A stretch of DNA of 63,778 bases, the filler included, from Octopus bimaculoides (taxonomy: Eukaryota), in the NCBI RefSeq assembly GCF_001194135.2. It is 7 parts of 7 records of this genome, joined end to end, with 100 filler letters (N's around TTAATTAATTAA, not from the genome) between each part and the next. Parts side by side here need not be neighbours in the genome. Positions count along the whole stretch, not along the records: positions 40,984 to 52,366 come from NC_069006.1; positions 52,467 to 59,959 come from NC_068981.1; positions 60,060 to 62,443 come from NC_068999.1; 4 more parts are not named here. The stretch is one strand, 5' to 3'. A program made the translations under genes and the position numbers. Every line of letters starts with the position of its first letter. The stretch's first letter is position 1. Below, piece after piece: positions 47,375 to 60,093 of this stretch. Under the pieces are notes generated by a model that ran no database searches, was not told the origin of the DNA, and saw only the letters and a list, made by a program, of their open reading frames with translations.

Positions 47375-47408
47375 TTTAACGTTTCGAGCAGTAGCTCTTC
47401 GTCAGAAA
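47375..47408 (-). ncRNA. Minimal type-I hammerhead-ribozyme-like motif (Penelope pLTR type)
   Basis: TTT-CTGACGA-A-GAGC-tact-GCTC-GAAACGTT-AAA: core boxes, 4-bp stem II, palindromic stem III, only 3-bp stem I. Confidence 0.55.
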
Positions 47409-48277
47409 AAAGAAAGGGAAAAGTACAAAGAAGGAGAAAAAGAAGACATCGCCAACGGCCCACATGTATGTATATAAATTATTTTGTTTCCCTCTGCCCA
47501 TTGTTATCATTCAAATTTCCTTATATTACAAACTTCCTTGTATTGTCATCTTGTGATGTTGGTTATTTGAAAGCAATGAAATATAAAATAAAAAAATATC
47601 GAGATGATGATGATAACTACTCTATTGTGAATTCCGCTACAATTCTCCCAATAACCATTTTTAATTCAATCAGCTTTTCGTCATATACTGAAATCTTATA
47701 TCTGTGAGACATATACAGAAAAATAATCGGCCAAATGCAAACTAATTCTTTCTAAAACTATTAATTTATCGAATTAATTATATCCTAAGATAGATTCACT
47801 AGTCTTGTAATAAAAGACAGTTATAAACGCCGTCAGACGTCAAATATATATTTTAATCATTGTCGATTCGCTAAGATCCATATAGCGTTACTTGATAGTT
47901 GTGATTGCAAGTCGAAGTCTAGCTTGGTGTTCAGATCAACCTATCGAGCTTTTATGCTATCTTAAATTGTATCTTGAAAGATAGTCCAGTTAAAAATACA
48001 AATAAAAATAAATAAGTCCTAAAATGTATTAAAATCCAAAAGAAAATTTCCCCCCCAAAAAACAAACAAACACTGGAATAAACGATGAAAAAAATAATTA
48101 TCAAAATATTAATTAAAAAAACCCAATCAAATTCTCATCTATTTTACTGCGTTCGCGTTAAGTGGTATTTAACGGCGCCATTTTGTCTCCGTGGCTGTTA
48201 ACCTTTAACACTTTCTCCGAATCTCTCTGTCTTTGTCTCTGTGTGTCTGTCTGTCTGTCTCTCTCTCTGTCTTTGTC

Positions 48278-48322
<45 letters not shown>

Positions 48323-48689
48323 TTCTCCCTGTCTCCATCTCTTTCGCTTTCTTGTCTCTTCTGATACGAGTTCTTATGTAGGGACAGATATTTATACGAA
48401 GACCACTAATAAAATAAATGTTTAAACAGTAAACGTTTAGAAACCCAACAAGAGTTTAGAGTTTAATGAAACAAAAATAAAAGCAAAAATGTTACACCAT
48501 GTTGGTTTCTGTTTCTTAGTACAATATTTTGAGACGACGCCATGTTTGTTTTGACATTGTACATGTTTATCAACAAATTTTAAAATCATGTCTTAATACA
48601 TACAGGCACACATGCATGCATGAAAACAAACACATGTACATACATATGAAAAATAGAAGTATATATACTTATCTATCTATCTATCTATA

Positions 48690-48776
<87 letters not shown>

Positions 48777-48895
48777 ACACAGACATATACATGTACAATT
48801 GCATACCTATTAAATACATACATGTATATACATGCATACATAATGTTCTTATACATACATAAATATATATATTCATAAACATCTACATATAATTG

Positions 48896-48936
<41 letters not shown>

Positions 48937-49561
48937 GCACAGTAAATAATTTAATTTTCAATATACTTGTATACTCTTTTTCTTGTCACGATATTCAAAG
49001 CATATAAATAAATAAATATATATGTATGTATNNNNNNNNNNNNNNNNNNNNNNNNNNNNNNNNNNNNNNNNNNNNNNNNNNNNNNNNNNNNNNNNNNNNN
49101 NNNNNNNNNNNNNNNNNNNNNNNNNNNNNNNNNNNNNNNNNNNNNNNNNNNNNNNNNNNNNNNNNNNNNNNNNNNNNNNNNNNNNNNNNNNNNNNNNNNN
49201 NNNNNNNNNNNNNNNNNNNNNNNNNNNNNNNNNNNNNNNNNNNNNNNNNNNNNNNNNNNNNNNNNNNNNNNNNNNNNNNNNNNNNNNNNNNNNNNNNNNN
49301 NNNNNNNNNNNNNNNNNNNNNNNNNNNNNNNNNNNNNNNNNNNNNNNNNNNNNNNNNNNNNNNNNNNNNNNNNNNNNNNNNNNNNNNNNNNNNNNNNNNN
49401 NNNNNNNNNNNNNNNNNNNNNNNNNNNNNNNNNNNNNNNNNNNNNNNNNNNNNNNNNNNNNNNNNNNNNNNNNNNNNNNNNNNNNNNNNNNNNNNNNNNN
49501 NNNNNNNNNNNNNNNNNNNNNNNNNNNNNNNNNNNNNNNNNNNNNNNNNNNNNNNNNNNNN

Positions 49562-49677
49562 TTCTTCTTCTTCTTCTTCTTCTTCTTCTTCTTCTTCTTC
49601 TTCTTCTTCTTCTTCTTCTTCTTCTTCTTCTTCTTCTTCTTCTTCTTCTTCTTCTTCTTCTTCTTCTTCTTCTTCTT
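49562..49677. repeat. (TTC)n microsatellite
   Basis: Direct reading. Confidence 0.98.
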
Positions 49678-49992
49678 TCAGAATAGAGAAAGCTAATTCG
49701 AAAACTTCAGATCACTGGAACTGTATAAAGTTTATCATTTAAATATATATGAGCATCTCTTGACATCCAACTATATGCATGAGAATGCTCACATAAAACA
49801 AACAAATCTGCACATATACATACATACATACGTACATACATACATACATACATACATACATACATACATACATACAAACAGAAATATCCTGTTATTGATG
49901 TTGAAATTCAAATGAAGGAGCCTTGGATCTAGGTTAGAAACCGGATCTTTCCCTGTTAGCAAGAAATCTTGAAATTAAACTGAACGATGGCA
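49678..49992 (+). mobile_element. RLE retrotransposon copy 1: ORF end plus complete 3' UTR with internal (TACA)n
   Basis: KLIRKLQITGT-like end, UTR ...GAAGGAGCCTTGGATCTAGG...AACTGAACGATG, then (CATA)n. Confidence 0.8.
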
Positions 49993-50061
49993 TACATACA
50001 CACACATACATACATAATACATACATACATACATAATACATACATACATACATACATACAT

Positions 50062-51610
50062 GTAATTATTGGGGTACTGGGATATGTAACACATTGCCTA
50101 AATACCAATTTTGAGAAATTAGGCTTCTGAAAATCAGAAAGGCGAAAGCTAATTCGAAGACTACAGATCCAATCCATCACCAGAACTGTGAAAATCTGTA
50201 AAACTTTCCAGAAGTTTATCATTTAAATATATATGAGCATGTCTAGATATGCAACTATATGCATAAGAATACATGCATAAAGCAGAATGTACAAATCTGC
50301 ACATACATACATACATACATACATACATGCACCCCTTGATGAAGTCTGTAGACATGAGGTAAATACCATCATGAGATTGGGAAGGTAACTACTTGACAAG
50401 CATTCCTTATTCGACAACCCTGAACTCTTATCCAAAGAAATTGCAAGACTCTACCGTAACATGACATCAGAGGAGAGGATGAATGCATTCTAGCAGAAGA
50501 CCATGCATGGATACGTTAACAGAAAGCTCCAAGGTGATAACAACATTGACAACCAGAGCAGTCTATCGTGGACAAACAATCGGGTCACCAACTCTCACTT
50601 TGAAGGGTATGCCCTTGCTATTCAAGAACAAGAAATAGCAACCAAATTCCTAATTAACAAACGGGACAGAGAGGCGGGGAAAGCGCCACAATGTAATAAT
50701 CGATGCAGACTCTGTGGAATCAGTATCGAAGATATCACCCACATCATTAGCAGCTGTCCAANNNNNNNNNNNNNNNNNNNNNNNNNNNNNNNNNNNNNNN
50801 NNNNNNNNNNNNNNNNNNNNNNNNNNNNNNNNNNNNNNNNNNNNNNNNNNNNNNNNNNNNNNNNNNNNNNNNNNNNNNNNNNNNNNNNNNNNNNNNNNNN
50901 NNNNNNNNNNNNNNNNNNNNNNNNNNNNNNNNNNNNNNNNNNNNNNNNNNNNNNNNNNNNNNNNNNNNNNNNNNNNNNNNNNNNNNNNNNNNNNNNNNNN
51001 NNNNNNNNNNNNNNNNNNNNNNNNNNNNNNNNNNNNNNNNNNNNNNNNNNNNNNNNNNNNNNNNNNNNNNNNNNNNNNNNNNNNNNNNNNNNNNNNNNNN
51101 NNNNNNNNNNNNNNNNNNNNNNNNNNNNNNNNNNNNNNNNNNNNNNNNNNNNNNNNNNNNNNNNNNNNNNNNNNNNNNNNNNNACAGATTCAAGCCATCA
51201 ATGGAACTGTAAAGATATGTAAAACTTTCCAAACATTTAGCACATAAATACATATGCATGCATCTAGACATGAAAATATATACATAAAAACGCATCCATA
51301 AAACAAACATACAAATCTGCGCATGCACTAACACCAAATACTGCACACACACACACACATATGCACAAATACCTAGATGATGTTGATAAAAGTTCCAATG
51401 AAGGAGTCTTGAATCTATGTTAGAGTCCGGTTCTTTCTCTATGGACAAGAAATACAGAAATGAAACTGATTGATAACATACATACATACATACATACAAA
51501 TATACCCTGTTGTTGACGTTGAAATTCTAATGAAGGAGCCTTGGATCTAGGCTAGTAACCGGCTCTTTCACCATTTGCAAGAAATCTTGAAATAAAACCG
51601 AACAGTGATA
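50062..51610 (+). mobile_element. RLE retrotransposon copy 2, split (50062-50328 and 51498-51610) by copy 3
   Basis: VIIGVLGYV...KLIRRLQIQSITRTVKICKTFQKFII*; second UTR half reappears at 51498. Confidence 0.8.
50331..51477 (+). mobile_element. RLE retrotransposon copy 3 (R4/Dong-like), CCHC knuckle to 3' end, gapped
   Basis: MHGY...SHFEGYALAIQEQEIATK...CRLCGISIEDITHIISSCP; after the gap IQAINGTVKICKTFQTFST* and 3' UTR. Confidence 0.9.
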
Positions 51611-51892
51611 TACATATATACATACATACACAAACAGGCAACCGAATTCTGTGTAAACGTCGCACGGACCGAATTCCACCCTCTTTCTTTTCCTTTCTTC
51701 TTTTTCATTGGATGTCTTTTTCTTTCGGCCCTGAGAAAGATAACATTACATTGTGCTGGCGATTGCCTACACTTTCAGGCGTTCAGCGGATCGATTGATA
51801 CAAGTTAATCATGAATACAGCCAAATCTATATTTGAAATATCTGCAAGCCTATAATAAATAAATAAACAAACAAGCAAATAAATAAAAAGGC

Positions 51893-52045
51893 CCAGGAGT
51901 GGCGCCGAGTGGTAAGGAGCTTGCTTACCAACCACATGGTTCCGGGTTCAGTCCCACTGCATGACATTTTGGTTAAGTGTCTTCTACTATAGCCTTGGGC
52001 TGACCAAAGCTTTGTGAGTGGATTTGTGTGTCTGTGTGTGTGTGT
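51893..52045 (+). mobile_element. SINE family A 5' half
   Basis: GGCCCAGGAGTGG...GGTAAGGAGCTTGCTTACCAACC. Confidence 0.88.
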
Positions 52046-52056
52046 GTATGTCTTAA

Positions 52057-52366
52057 CCAGCAGAATTCTTTGCCACTTTACCTGTAACCAAAGAGGCAAA
52101 AATTGAGTACATAAACATTGAAGACGTAATGCTGGCCATAGATGAGGTTGACACAAATTCAGCTGCTGGCCCCAATGGATTTCCAGCAGTCCTTCTCAAA
52201 TCATGCAAATGAGCCCTTGCAAGAACATTGCAGCTTCTCTTCCAGACCTTCCTTGCAAGTGGTAAGCTCCCAAACAAACTGAAAGAAGGGATAATATGCC
52301 ATATCCAAAAGGGAGGAAACAGAGCAAATGCTAAAAATTATAGGCCTATCTCTCTGACATCACATA
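52057..52366 (+). mobile_element. CR1-group LINE, RT N-terminal fragment
   Basis: SAAGPNGFPAVLLKSCK*...KEGIICHIQKGG...KNYRPISLTSH. Confidence 0.92.
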
Positions 52367-52466
52367 NNNNNNNNNNNNNNNNNNNNNNNNNNNNNNNNNN
52401 NNNNNNNNNNTTAATTAATTAANNNNNNNNNNNNNNNNNNNNNNNNNNNNNNNNNNNNNNNNNNNN

Positions 52467-52740
52467 CCATGCTGGGTCTCATTCAGCAAGTCATTTTCTT
52501 CTAGGAACGCAATCAATCTCCTTCTGACAATTCGTTCCATGACTTTGCTAATATGTGAAGTCAGAGAGATGGGCCTGTAGTTCCCAGCCTCTGCTCTGCT
52601 TCCACCTTTATGGATAGGACATATGGTGCCTTCCTTCAGCTTTTTGGGAAGTTTACCATTTGCAAGGAAACTCTGGAAGAGTATCCGGAGTGGTCCTGCT
52701 AGTTCTTGTTTACACGACTTTAAGAGGACAGCTGGGAAAC
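52467..52740 (-). mobile_element. CR1-group LINE, RT N-terminal fragment (opposite strand)
   Basis: GFPAVLLKSCKQELAGPL...GNYRPISLTSHISKVMERIVRR...LLNETQH. Confidence 0.93.
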
Positions 52741-54241
52741 CATACATTCATAATACACGCATACACACACACACATATATATATGTATATTTATATATGT
52801 ATTTACTTACATATGTATTTATGAATACATATATACACATATTAATATTAAAATAAATATATATTCGCTTATCTACGTAAATCTCCATTCACCATTGAAA
52901 CCTTGTCTTAATGTTTTTATATTTCTATTTGGGATCAATAATGTCATTTTAGCAAGCAAAATTAAGAATTACAAGATTCTCAAATTTATCGCAGACTTTC
53001 TTTAAGTATTTTACTTAAAGTCGTGTATAGAGTTCGTACCGGTATGTGGCTCTGTTCTCTGGTATTGATATGATTGCATAGTTAACTATGTTTGGCATGT
53101 GTCTACTATAGTATCGAGTCGACAGAAAACTTGTGCATGAAATTACGTACAGAGAAAATGCGTGGAAGCTCGAGAAGTGATTGGCGTCTATCAGTGAAAG
53201 GTCGATCGGCATCACGCATTACACTAGGCTCTTGCAGATTCAGAATTGTAGGCAAAATATACAGGTGTGCAGAATACTCGGTGGAATATATTTCAATTTC
53301 ACGTTTACTTACCTCTGCTAACAAATGAATTTAAGTTCCCATTTAGAAACTAACGTCTTTCTTGTTTTGTTTTGGATATGTCATGAGAGGTTAGATACTA
53401 GTGAATGAAACTTCACTTTGTTTATAAGGAATATTATTGAAATCTGCACATGTCTACCTTATGTGCAGTATTAGAGATACTATGGTAAATGTCTTTCACT
53501 GCATTCTCAGTCTGCTTGTCAAAGCTTATATATTGCAATATATTTCAGATATTAAATGAGCTTGCCATTCAAAACTTATGAAAACCTAAAGGATTATTTG
53601 AAATATAGTGATATATTTTCGAGGTCAAAACAGATGTAATTCAGTGATGTTAGAATATAAATTCAAAACTTTGATGGATTATATAGTATTTCTAATTATA
53701 TTTGAGTGAAATATATTTCACTAGAAAATTTGATATGAATGAACTTTGAATACAGAATTATTTTGGTGATATACATCGAATGATTTTGTTTCTTTATAAA
53801 TGTGCAATAGTTTAACCTGTATTCTGTCGCAGAAAAGTTTATTGAATATGTTGTCGAGTTTATTTACGTTTTGATATGTGTGTGTATATGTTTATTTGTG
53901 TCTTATATGAAATTCGGATATAGACTTTCGAACCTTTCTTTACTTTTAGCTAACTCCAAATATATATATCGGTACATACAATAGTCATCAAGATTAAACT
54001 ACAGATACTTGTCTAAGAAAAAATACAATCCTAGCCTTTAAAGCTCCTGTTATTCATGTTTTGTAAGCTTCTCATAGAACGAAATTGGACAATGATATTG
54101 TAGTACTGATTTTAACTTTATCCCAGAGTAATATCTTGCATAATATATGCGTTTACATGCATATACACACACGCACACGCACATACACACACCCATACAC
54201 ACACACACGCACACACACGCACGCACACACACACACACACC

Positions 54242-54301
<60 letters not shown>

Positions 54302-55239
54302 TCAAAAGGTATCTCACTTGTTTTTTTTTATATTACAACGCACTTCCGTTTGCATATTCATAAGAAAACGAACACTTAAATCTTACAATGGAAAAGATGC
54401 GTACACATTTTTAACCGATTCCGAATGCATGGTTTGTAGTGCTGCATCATACTATGTGTTAGCGGGATAAATTCTATATTCATTGTCCGAGTGAAACAGA
54501 AAATGAATGAAACCCTCCTAGAAATGTTTATCTTGAGAAAAATACTCGGTATGAACTTAAATAACCATCACTTGTGGCTTATCTTTAAATTGATATAAAA
54601 GACGTTTTAGTAAATATACGATGAATCCAGCTATGAGCGGAAGCATTTGACTATGTCCAAGCACTAATTTTAGGAGGAAAGAGCGGTTGCACTTTCTATA
54701 TGATAGATGGTTATGTTGGCAGATGTTATATTGTGAACGGAGATGAGACGTCTTAAAGCACCATCTACAGCTTGTTTAAACATCTTTCAAGAGGAAGTCA
54801 ACCTTAAGTAGTGAGGTAGTACACTCCTGTAAGATTTAGGAATGATGGATGAATGTGCAAAATCCATGTAGCTAAATGTGCCCACATTAACCATGCAGTT
54901 GTAGGATAGCGGAAAGCTTTTGGAAAATTGAATTGTCTATGCTGCCTCAAGGTAATTTCGTGCAATATGCAGTTGCAGCGAATCGATTCACGTATATACT
55001 GTAACCAAACTTGGTGAACCTCATTTTCTTAACCTTTACCTCTATTTATTATCACATATTTGTTAACGTGCTCTAATTATAATTAACGACCTAAATATTT
55101 AACTTAATATAAATTTTCGGGTTGGCATGGAGAGGCTGCCTCCGCTGTCAGCATGTGTGTATGCATCTGCGCTCTTCCTACATAATTAAGAGTATTCTAA
55201 CTGTTTCTAGTAAAGTAGGTGCGTCGGGACTGTTAGTCA

Positions 55240-55395
55240 TACTTAGTGACGGTTGTATATATGTGTGTGTATGCATCTTTATGTCTGTGTTTGTTCCCTG
55301 CCACCGCTGGACCGCTGGCGTTGGTGGGTTTACGTGCCCATAACTTAGTGGTGCGTGAAAAGAAACCGACGTACAAGGATTGGAACTTTAAAAAA
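55240..55395 (+). mobile_element. SINE family A body, old
   Basis: CCACCGCTGGACC...GTTTACGTGCCCATAACTTAGTGG. Confidence 0.65.
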
Positions 55396-57436
55396 ATAGG
55401 GAACTAATTGTGGAAAGTATGATCAGTTAAATTATTTCTGTCAACACCATAATTTTAAAACCTAAGTGAATCAGATATACAAACAGTAGAATGTTCTCTA
55501 TTTCTAAAGTGGACAAAAATAGTACTAAAGAAATGAGAGAGAACTAGGATGTTTTCTGCACGGCAAAGTATCAAAATGTATCTAACTAATCATCAGGAAT
55601 TCATATAAAGACAAAGCAGTTAACCGAACTAGTTAGAACTAGTAATAAGGAATTATAAATAAACTCTATTGAGGAAATTAACAGTAAGGCTGCGACTAAG
55701 CTATACGAATTGATCTCATTGGCACAGATGCAATACTAAGGGCAAGATATGATTCTTAAATAGGCTGGTATAGAGTAAACTACATAAGTGCTACATGAAG
55801 AACATGAAACCTAATTCAGGAACATTTGAGAACATCAAACAGTTATAATGAATACACTACTTTCAAAAAGTTATAAAGTGTCAAATCTGGATTATCTAAG
55901 TACTTGCTCCATATGGTAGAACTATTCGCACCTGCTTCATTTCACAAGCTAGTGTGTAAACAAAGGAACACTCATAATGGATATCGTACCTCAAAAACAT
56001 TGAGCCCGTAATAAAAATAGTTTAGCCACTCCTGCAATGTTGTGGCCTACTGTTCTGATCATTGTATTATTAGTAATACTTGACTATATTCATAGGGGTA
56101 CAGCGTTTATTTTATAATAATACTGGAGAACCTTGCTTTATTAGCATTTATAAAATGATATGATGTAAATGATTTAATGCTACACTTGAGATGTTTTATG
56201 ACAGTAATGCATACTCTTCTGAATTATTTCTTATTAATATATATTTTATATTTACATGACACTATGTATTGATTACGCTTTCCGTATTCTCATGGTCTCT
56301 TTAGTTACTTATATTGTGATTGTTCTATAGGAGTGCATGCTATTCTTTAATGCATACTATATGTAATATTCGATTCTTAGAAGGCTTACCTGTTTTAATT
56401 TGAAATACAGGAAAACTAATGCATTGTGCATCATGTTTCATTAACTGTTATAGTATTCATCGTCATAGTAGCTTTGTGAAAGTTTGATATACTTCTCTGT
56501 ATTGAATTAGAAATATTTTGTTGAATTTCTGCATGCTCATTTAACGTTTCTTTGAGAATAATTTTGGCGAAGATGTCTAATGAACATGTGCTATTGCAAT
56601 CATTGATAAATATTTAGGTGTATCTCCTAATTGTTGGCTAATTTTTTCACATAGCAACTTATTACAATAGCCATATGAACACCAAATATCCGCAAGCCTT
56701 TTTATTCCAGCATTAACGATCAAACTTCCAAAATTGTGACAATCATCATTAGTAACTTCTGCAATGGCAACAAAATTACAGCTATCGTCATCATCAAGCT
56801 TGTAAGTATATACTTCATCATTACATCTACTTCATCATTGCTATCACATGCATTATAATGAAATGTACATGCTCCTAATGATCAACCTAGTCATTATCGA
56901 TATTACTGCTATAAAACTTTTCCACGGATATTTATTGATTTTGATGCTTGTGATTAGTTCAAATATACACAGGCTTTTTGACATGTATGCAAACAGATTA
57001 TGCTACTCAACAGTGACAATGTTAGTAGATGGTTGCTTGACCAGATTGAAATAGCAACCACAGAAAGTACTCTTTAGGTATTTGAAAATATGCAACTGCT
57101 ATAGCAAAATCGGCCCTCATAGAGGTCGACAACAGCTCCCATCTACTATTGTTATACCTTCTACTATATCTCAGCAGACTATGATGAATACCTTTTCATC
57201 GATCACATTCTCCAGCTAAGAAATTGCAGTAAGCATCCAAAAAAGACTTCATGATGGAAGAATTATACGTAAGAAGAAAAAAAACAAAACAAAAGAAGAG
57301 CTGCCGCAAAAGTTTTCGAATGAAATGTGTTTCATTATTGACACCGTTGTTTCGTAAAACATTCAGACAAGGCACTTCCATAGAGCACCAGAACATAGTC
57401 ATACATATCATGAGTTTCTTCATTGCCGAAACTTAC

Positions 57437-57550
57437 TGGTCGCAGAAATACCGTCTGATCAATGGGAGTTATCTCTTCTGCAGCAAGCGAAAGGACGACA
57501 ATGTCAGGTTGCTGTACACCACGAATCAATGTGGAAACAAATGTGCGCAC
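57437..57550 (-). other. Candidate 114-nt symmetric exon
   Basis: AG|GTG...CCA|GTAAGT; only phase 0 is open: VRTFVSTLIRGVQQPDIVVLSLAAEEITPIDQTVFLRP. Confidence 0.2.
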
Positions 57551-58268
57551 CTAGATAATTCAAAATAACCATTGCAAATACAGAAGAACACACGTCATCG
57601 TATGTTTACGCTGGAGATGAATATATGCTCATAATTCACCATAACCCCTAGCCATTAACCCGTGGAAAACGACGTTAGAGTTTGACGCATATCAGCTTCA
57701 AATACCACACAATTAAAAAGAAGAGAAAACGATAGATCCGTCCCCGGTATGTAGAGTGTTGCATTGTCTATGTGTTGTAAATTGCGACTCTATTAATTTC
57801 TAATATCTCAAGAAAGAAACGCCACAAATGTTATATTCTTGGTGAAGATGGTTTCTTTCCTATATTGTACTCATTTAAATTCCTTTATAATGTTCTTACA
57901 GTAGGCATCATTATGATTTGCATATACACCTTTTCATAAGTCGTTTTTGGCTACGTTGGTATGTAACGCCGAGGAGTGAAATACCAGGAAAAATAAGACG
58001 AAAGAGAAACAAAAAAATCAATGCCCATTATTATCCTTTGTGCCGTCCGAAATATATAGATCTGATACCGCATATTACTCATGGTTTTGCGTAACGCCTG
58101 TTTCTGTCGCAAGATAGTGGAACGTGTGATTTGTGACGTTTCTGATATTCAATCAGGCCTCTTTTGACAAAATTTTTCCAGAAAGAGATTTTCTCCTGTA
58201 AATACTGGGATTGACGGGCCCTACGGTATATATTAACCCATTTCATTTCTTTTTTTTTCTTTTTTCAG

Positions 58269-58480
58269 GTAGATCTCAAGAGAAAAGGATGATTGAAAAG
58301 ACGTCCGTTGTGTGATTTTACTCTTCATTATTCTGCTTGTTGAAACACACGTGTATATTTTATTGCCACTATACTTGTTGCTATTTGTCGTCAAGTCGTT
58401 GAATTGCTAAAAAGTATGATATATGACAGAAAATCATTATTTTTTTCTTATGAAATAAATATGATGTGCTGAGGTATAGA
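58269..58480 (+). other. Candidate terminal exon
   Basis: TTAAC branch-like motif, ~30-nt pyrimidine tract, CAG|G at 58268; short frame GRSQEKRMIEKTSVV*; AATAAA at 58454-58459. Confidence 0.3.
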
Positions 58481-59211
58481 ATTTATTTTCTATTCTTTTT
58501 TTTCTGTCTACCGTCTGTAAAATGTCGTTTATTTTCATTCGAATATTTTCATTATAGTTACTTTGTTTACGAAAAGTAGAAAACTATTTTTTGTCAGAAA
58601 ATTTAATTCTTTCTTCTTTTTGCCAACCAGGGAAGGAATTACTACAAACAATTAAATACTTTACTCTCTGTTTAGAAGTTCAGTAGTAGAGAAAAAAAAA
58701 ACGAAAAAGCAAAACAAAAACTAATGTTGTACTATATAATTTTGTCTCATAATAATCCTCAATAGGAAAGAGCTGAAAGAAACAGGCCGAAATTAAAAAC
58801 CAAATTAAATTAAAAGATTAATAAATGATATTATCGGCGACACGAGGCCGTGATACGTTTTTATAAGAAGGAAGGGAGAGAACTAATGCATTTTGTCTTA
58901 AGGACTAACGATTCTGCAAAATAACCACCTGGTATTCGTTTTTTATTCAGCTTGAAGGCCAGCATACTTGTAGTTATTTATTGGTTTATATTTAATTGGA
59001 GGTAAATGAAATTTCATATTTTATCAAGCTATCATCAACTGAACTTCGAGAGTTTGATACTAATGAAACAACTCTGTTAAATATTAGCACGTAAGAAATG
59101 TATGGAGGATGTGTAGCATATATACATAGGCACGCACACCTCAACATACACACACACTCGTACACACACATTTATAAATATAAATATATGCAAGTGTGTG
59201 AGCGTGAGAAT

Positions 59212-59749
59212 GTTATACTTCTTACACTACTGTACGCCTGCGAGATATGGACGCCAAACAAAAAAGCTAAACTATTTCTACATGAACCTGCTTGGGAGAA
59301 TTATTGTAAATCACCTGGCATTAGACTGTCTGAGATACCAAATTCCTTTGATGGGCTGATCTACCAAAGATCTACACAATGCTTAGGATAGTGGGCAGGC
59401 TAGTTTGTTCGAAAATGCGACACGCGCTTCCCCAAGACATTGTTTTACAGCGAATTGTAAAAAGACAAGAACACACAAGATGGACACAAAAATCTCTGCA
59501 AGGATACACTCAAAGACTCAATGAAAAGCTTTTAGATCAGCTCCGACCCTAGGAAACGCAAGTGAAAGACTGCTCTGGAGGGTTGAAGGGGCGCAAGAAA
59601 ACCATGAACGGTGTAAATCCAGAGCCAGCTCCTTGCCTTCAGTCCCAGCAGACCACCACCTCCCCACCTTCGGTAGCGCCTTCTACGCACGCATCGGACT
59701 GATCGGCAACTGTCACATCTTTGGTCATCGTCTACAAGGATAGACGATC
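59212..59749 (+). mobile_element. RTE-clade (BovB-like) LINE, decayed 3' part
   Basis: VILLTLLYACEIWT, LPKTLFYSEL, CKDTLKDSMKSF, AFYARIGLIG, then a short UTR and (AAT)/(ACT) tail. Confidence 0.88.
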
Positions 59750-59959
<210 letters not shown>

Positions 59960-60059
59960 NNNNNNNNNNNNNNNNNNNNNNNNNNNNNNNNNNNNNNNNN
60001 NNNTTAATTAATTAANNNNNNNNNNNNNNNNNNNNNNNNNNNNNNNNNNNNNNNNNNNN

Positions 60060-60093
<34 letters not shown>

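Noticed and set aside
48172-48185. YY1-like GGCGCCATTTT promoter motif
   Set aside because: Isolated short motif with no CpG-rich or transcript evidence.
53015-53328. Three overlapping 66-78 aa ORFs and an AG|GTAAGT donor at 53312
   Set aside because: No good acceptor or homology; strong-looking donors occur at about this frequency by chance.
54811-54821. TGAGGTAGTA, the let-7 5' end
   Set aside because: Only 10 nt match and there is no precursor hairpin.
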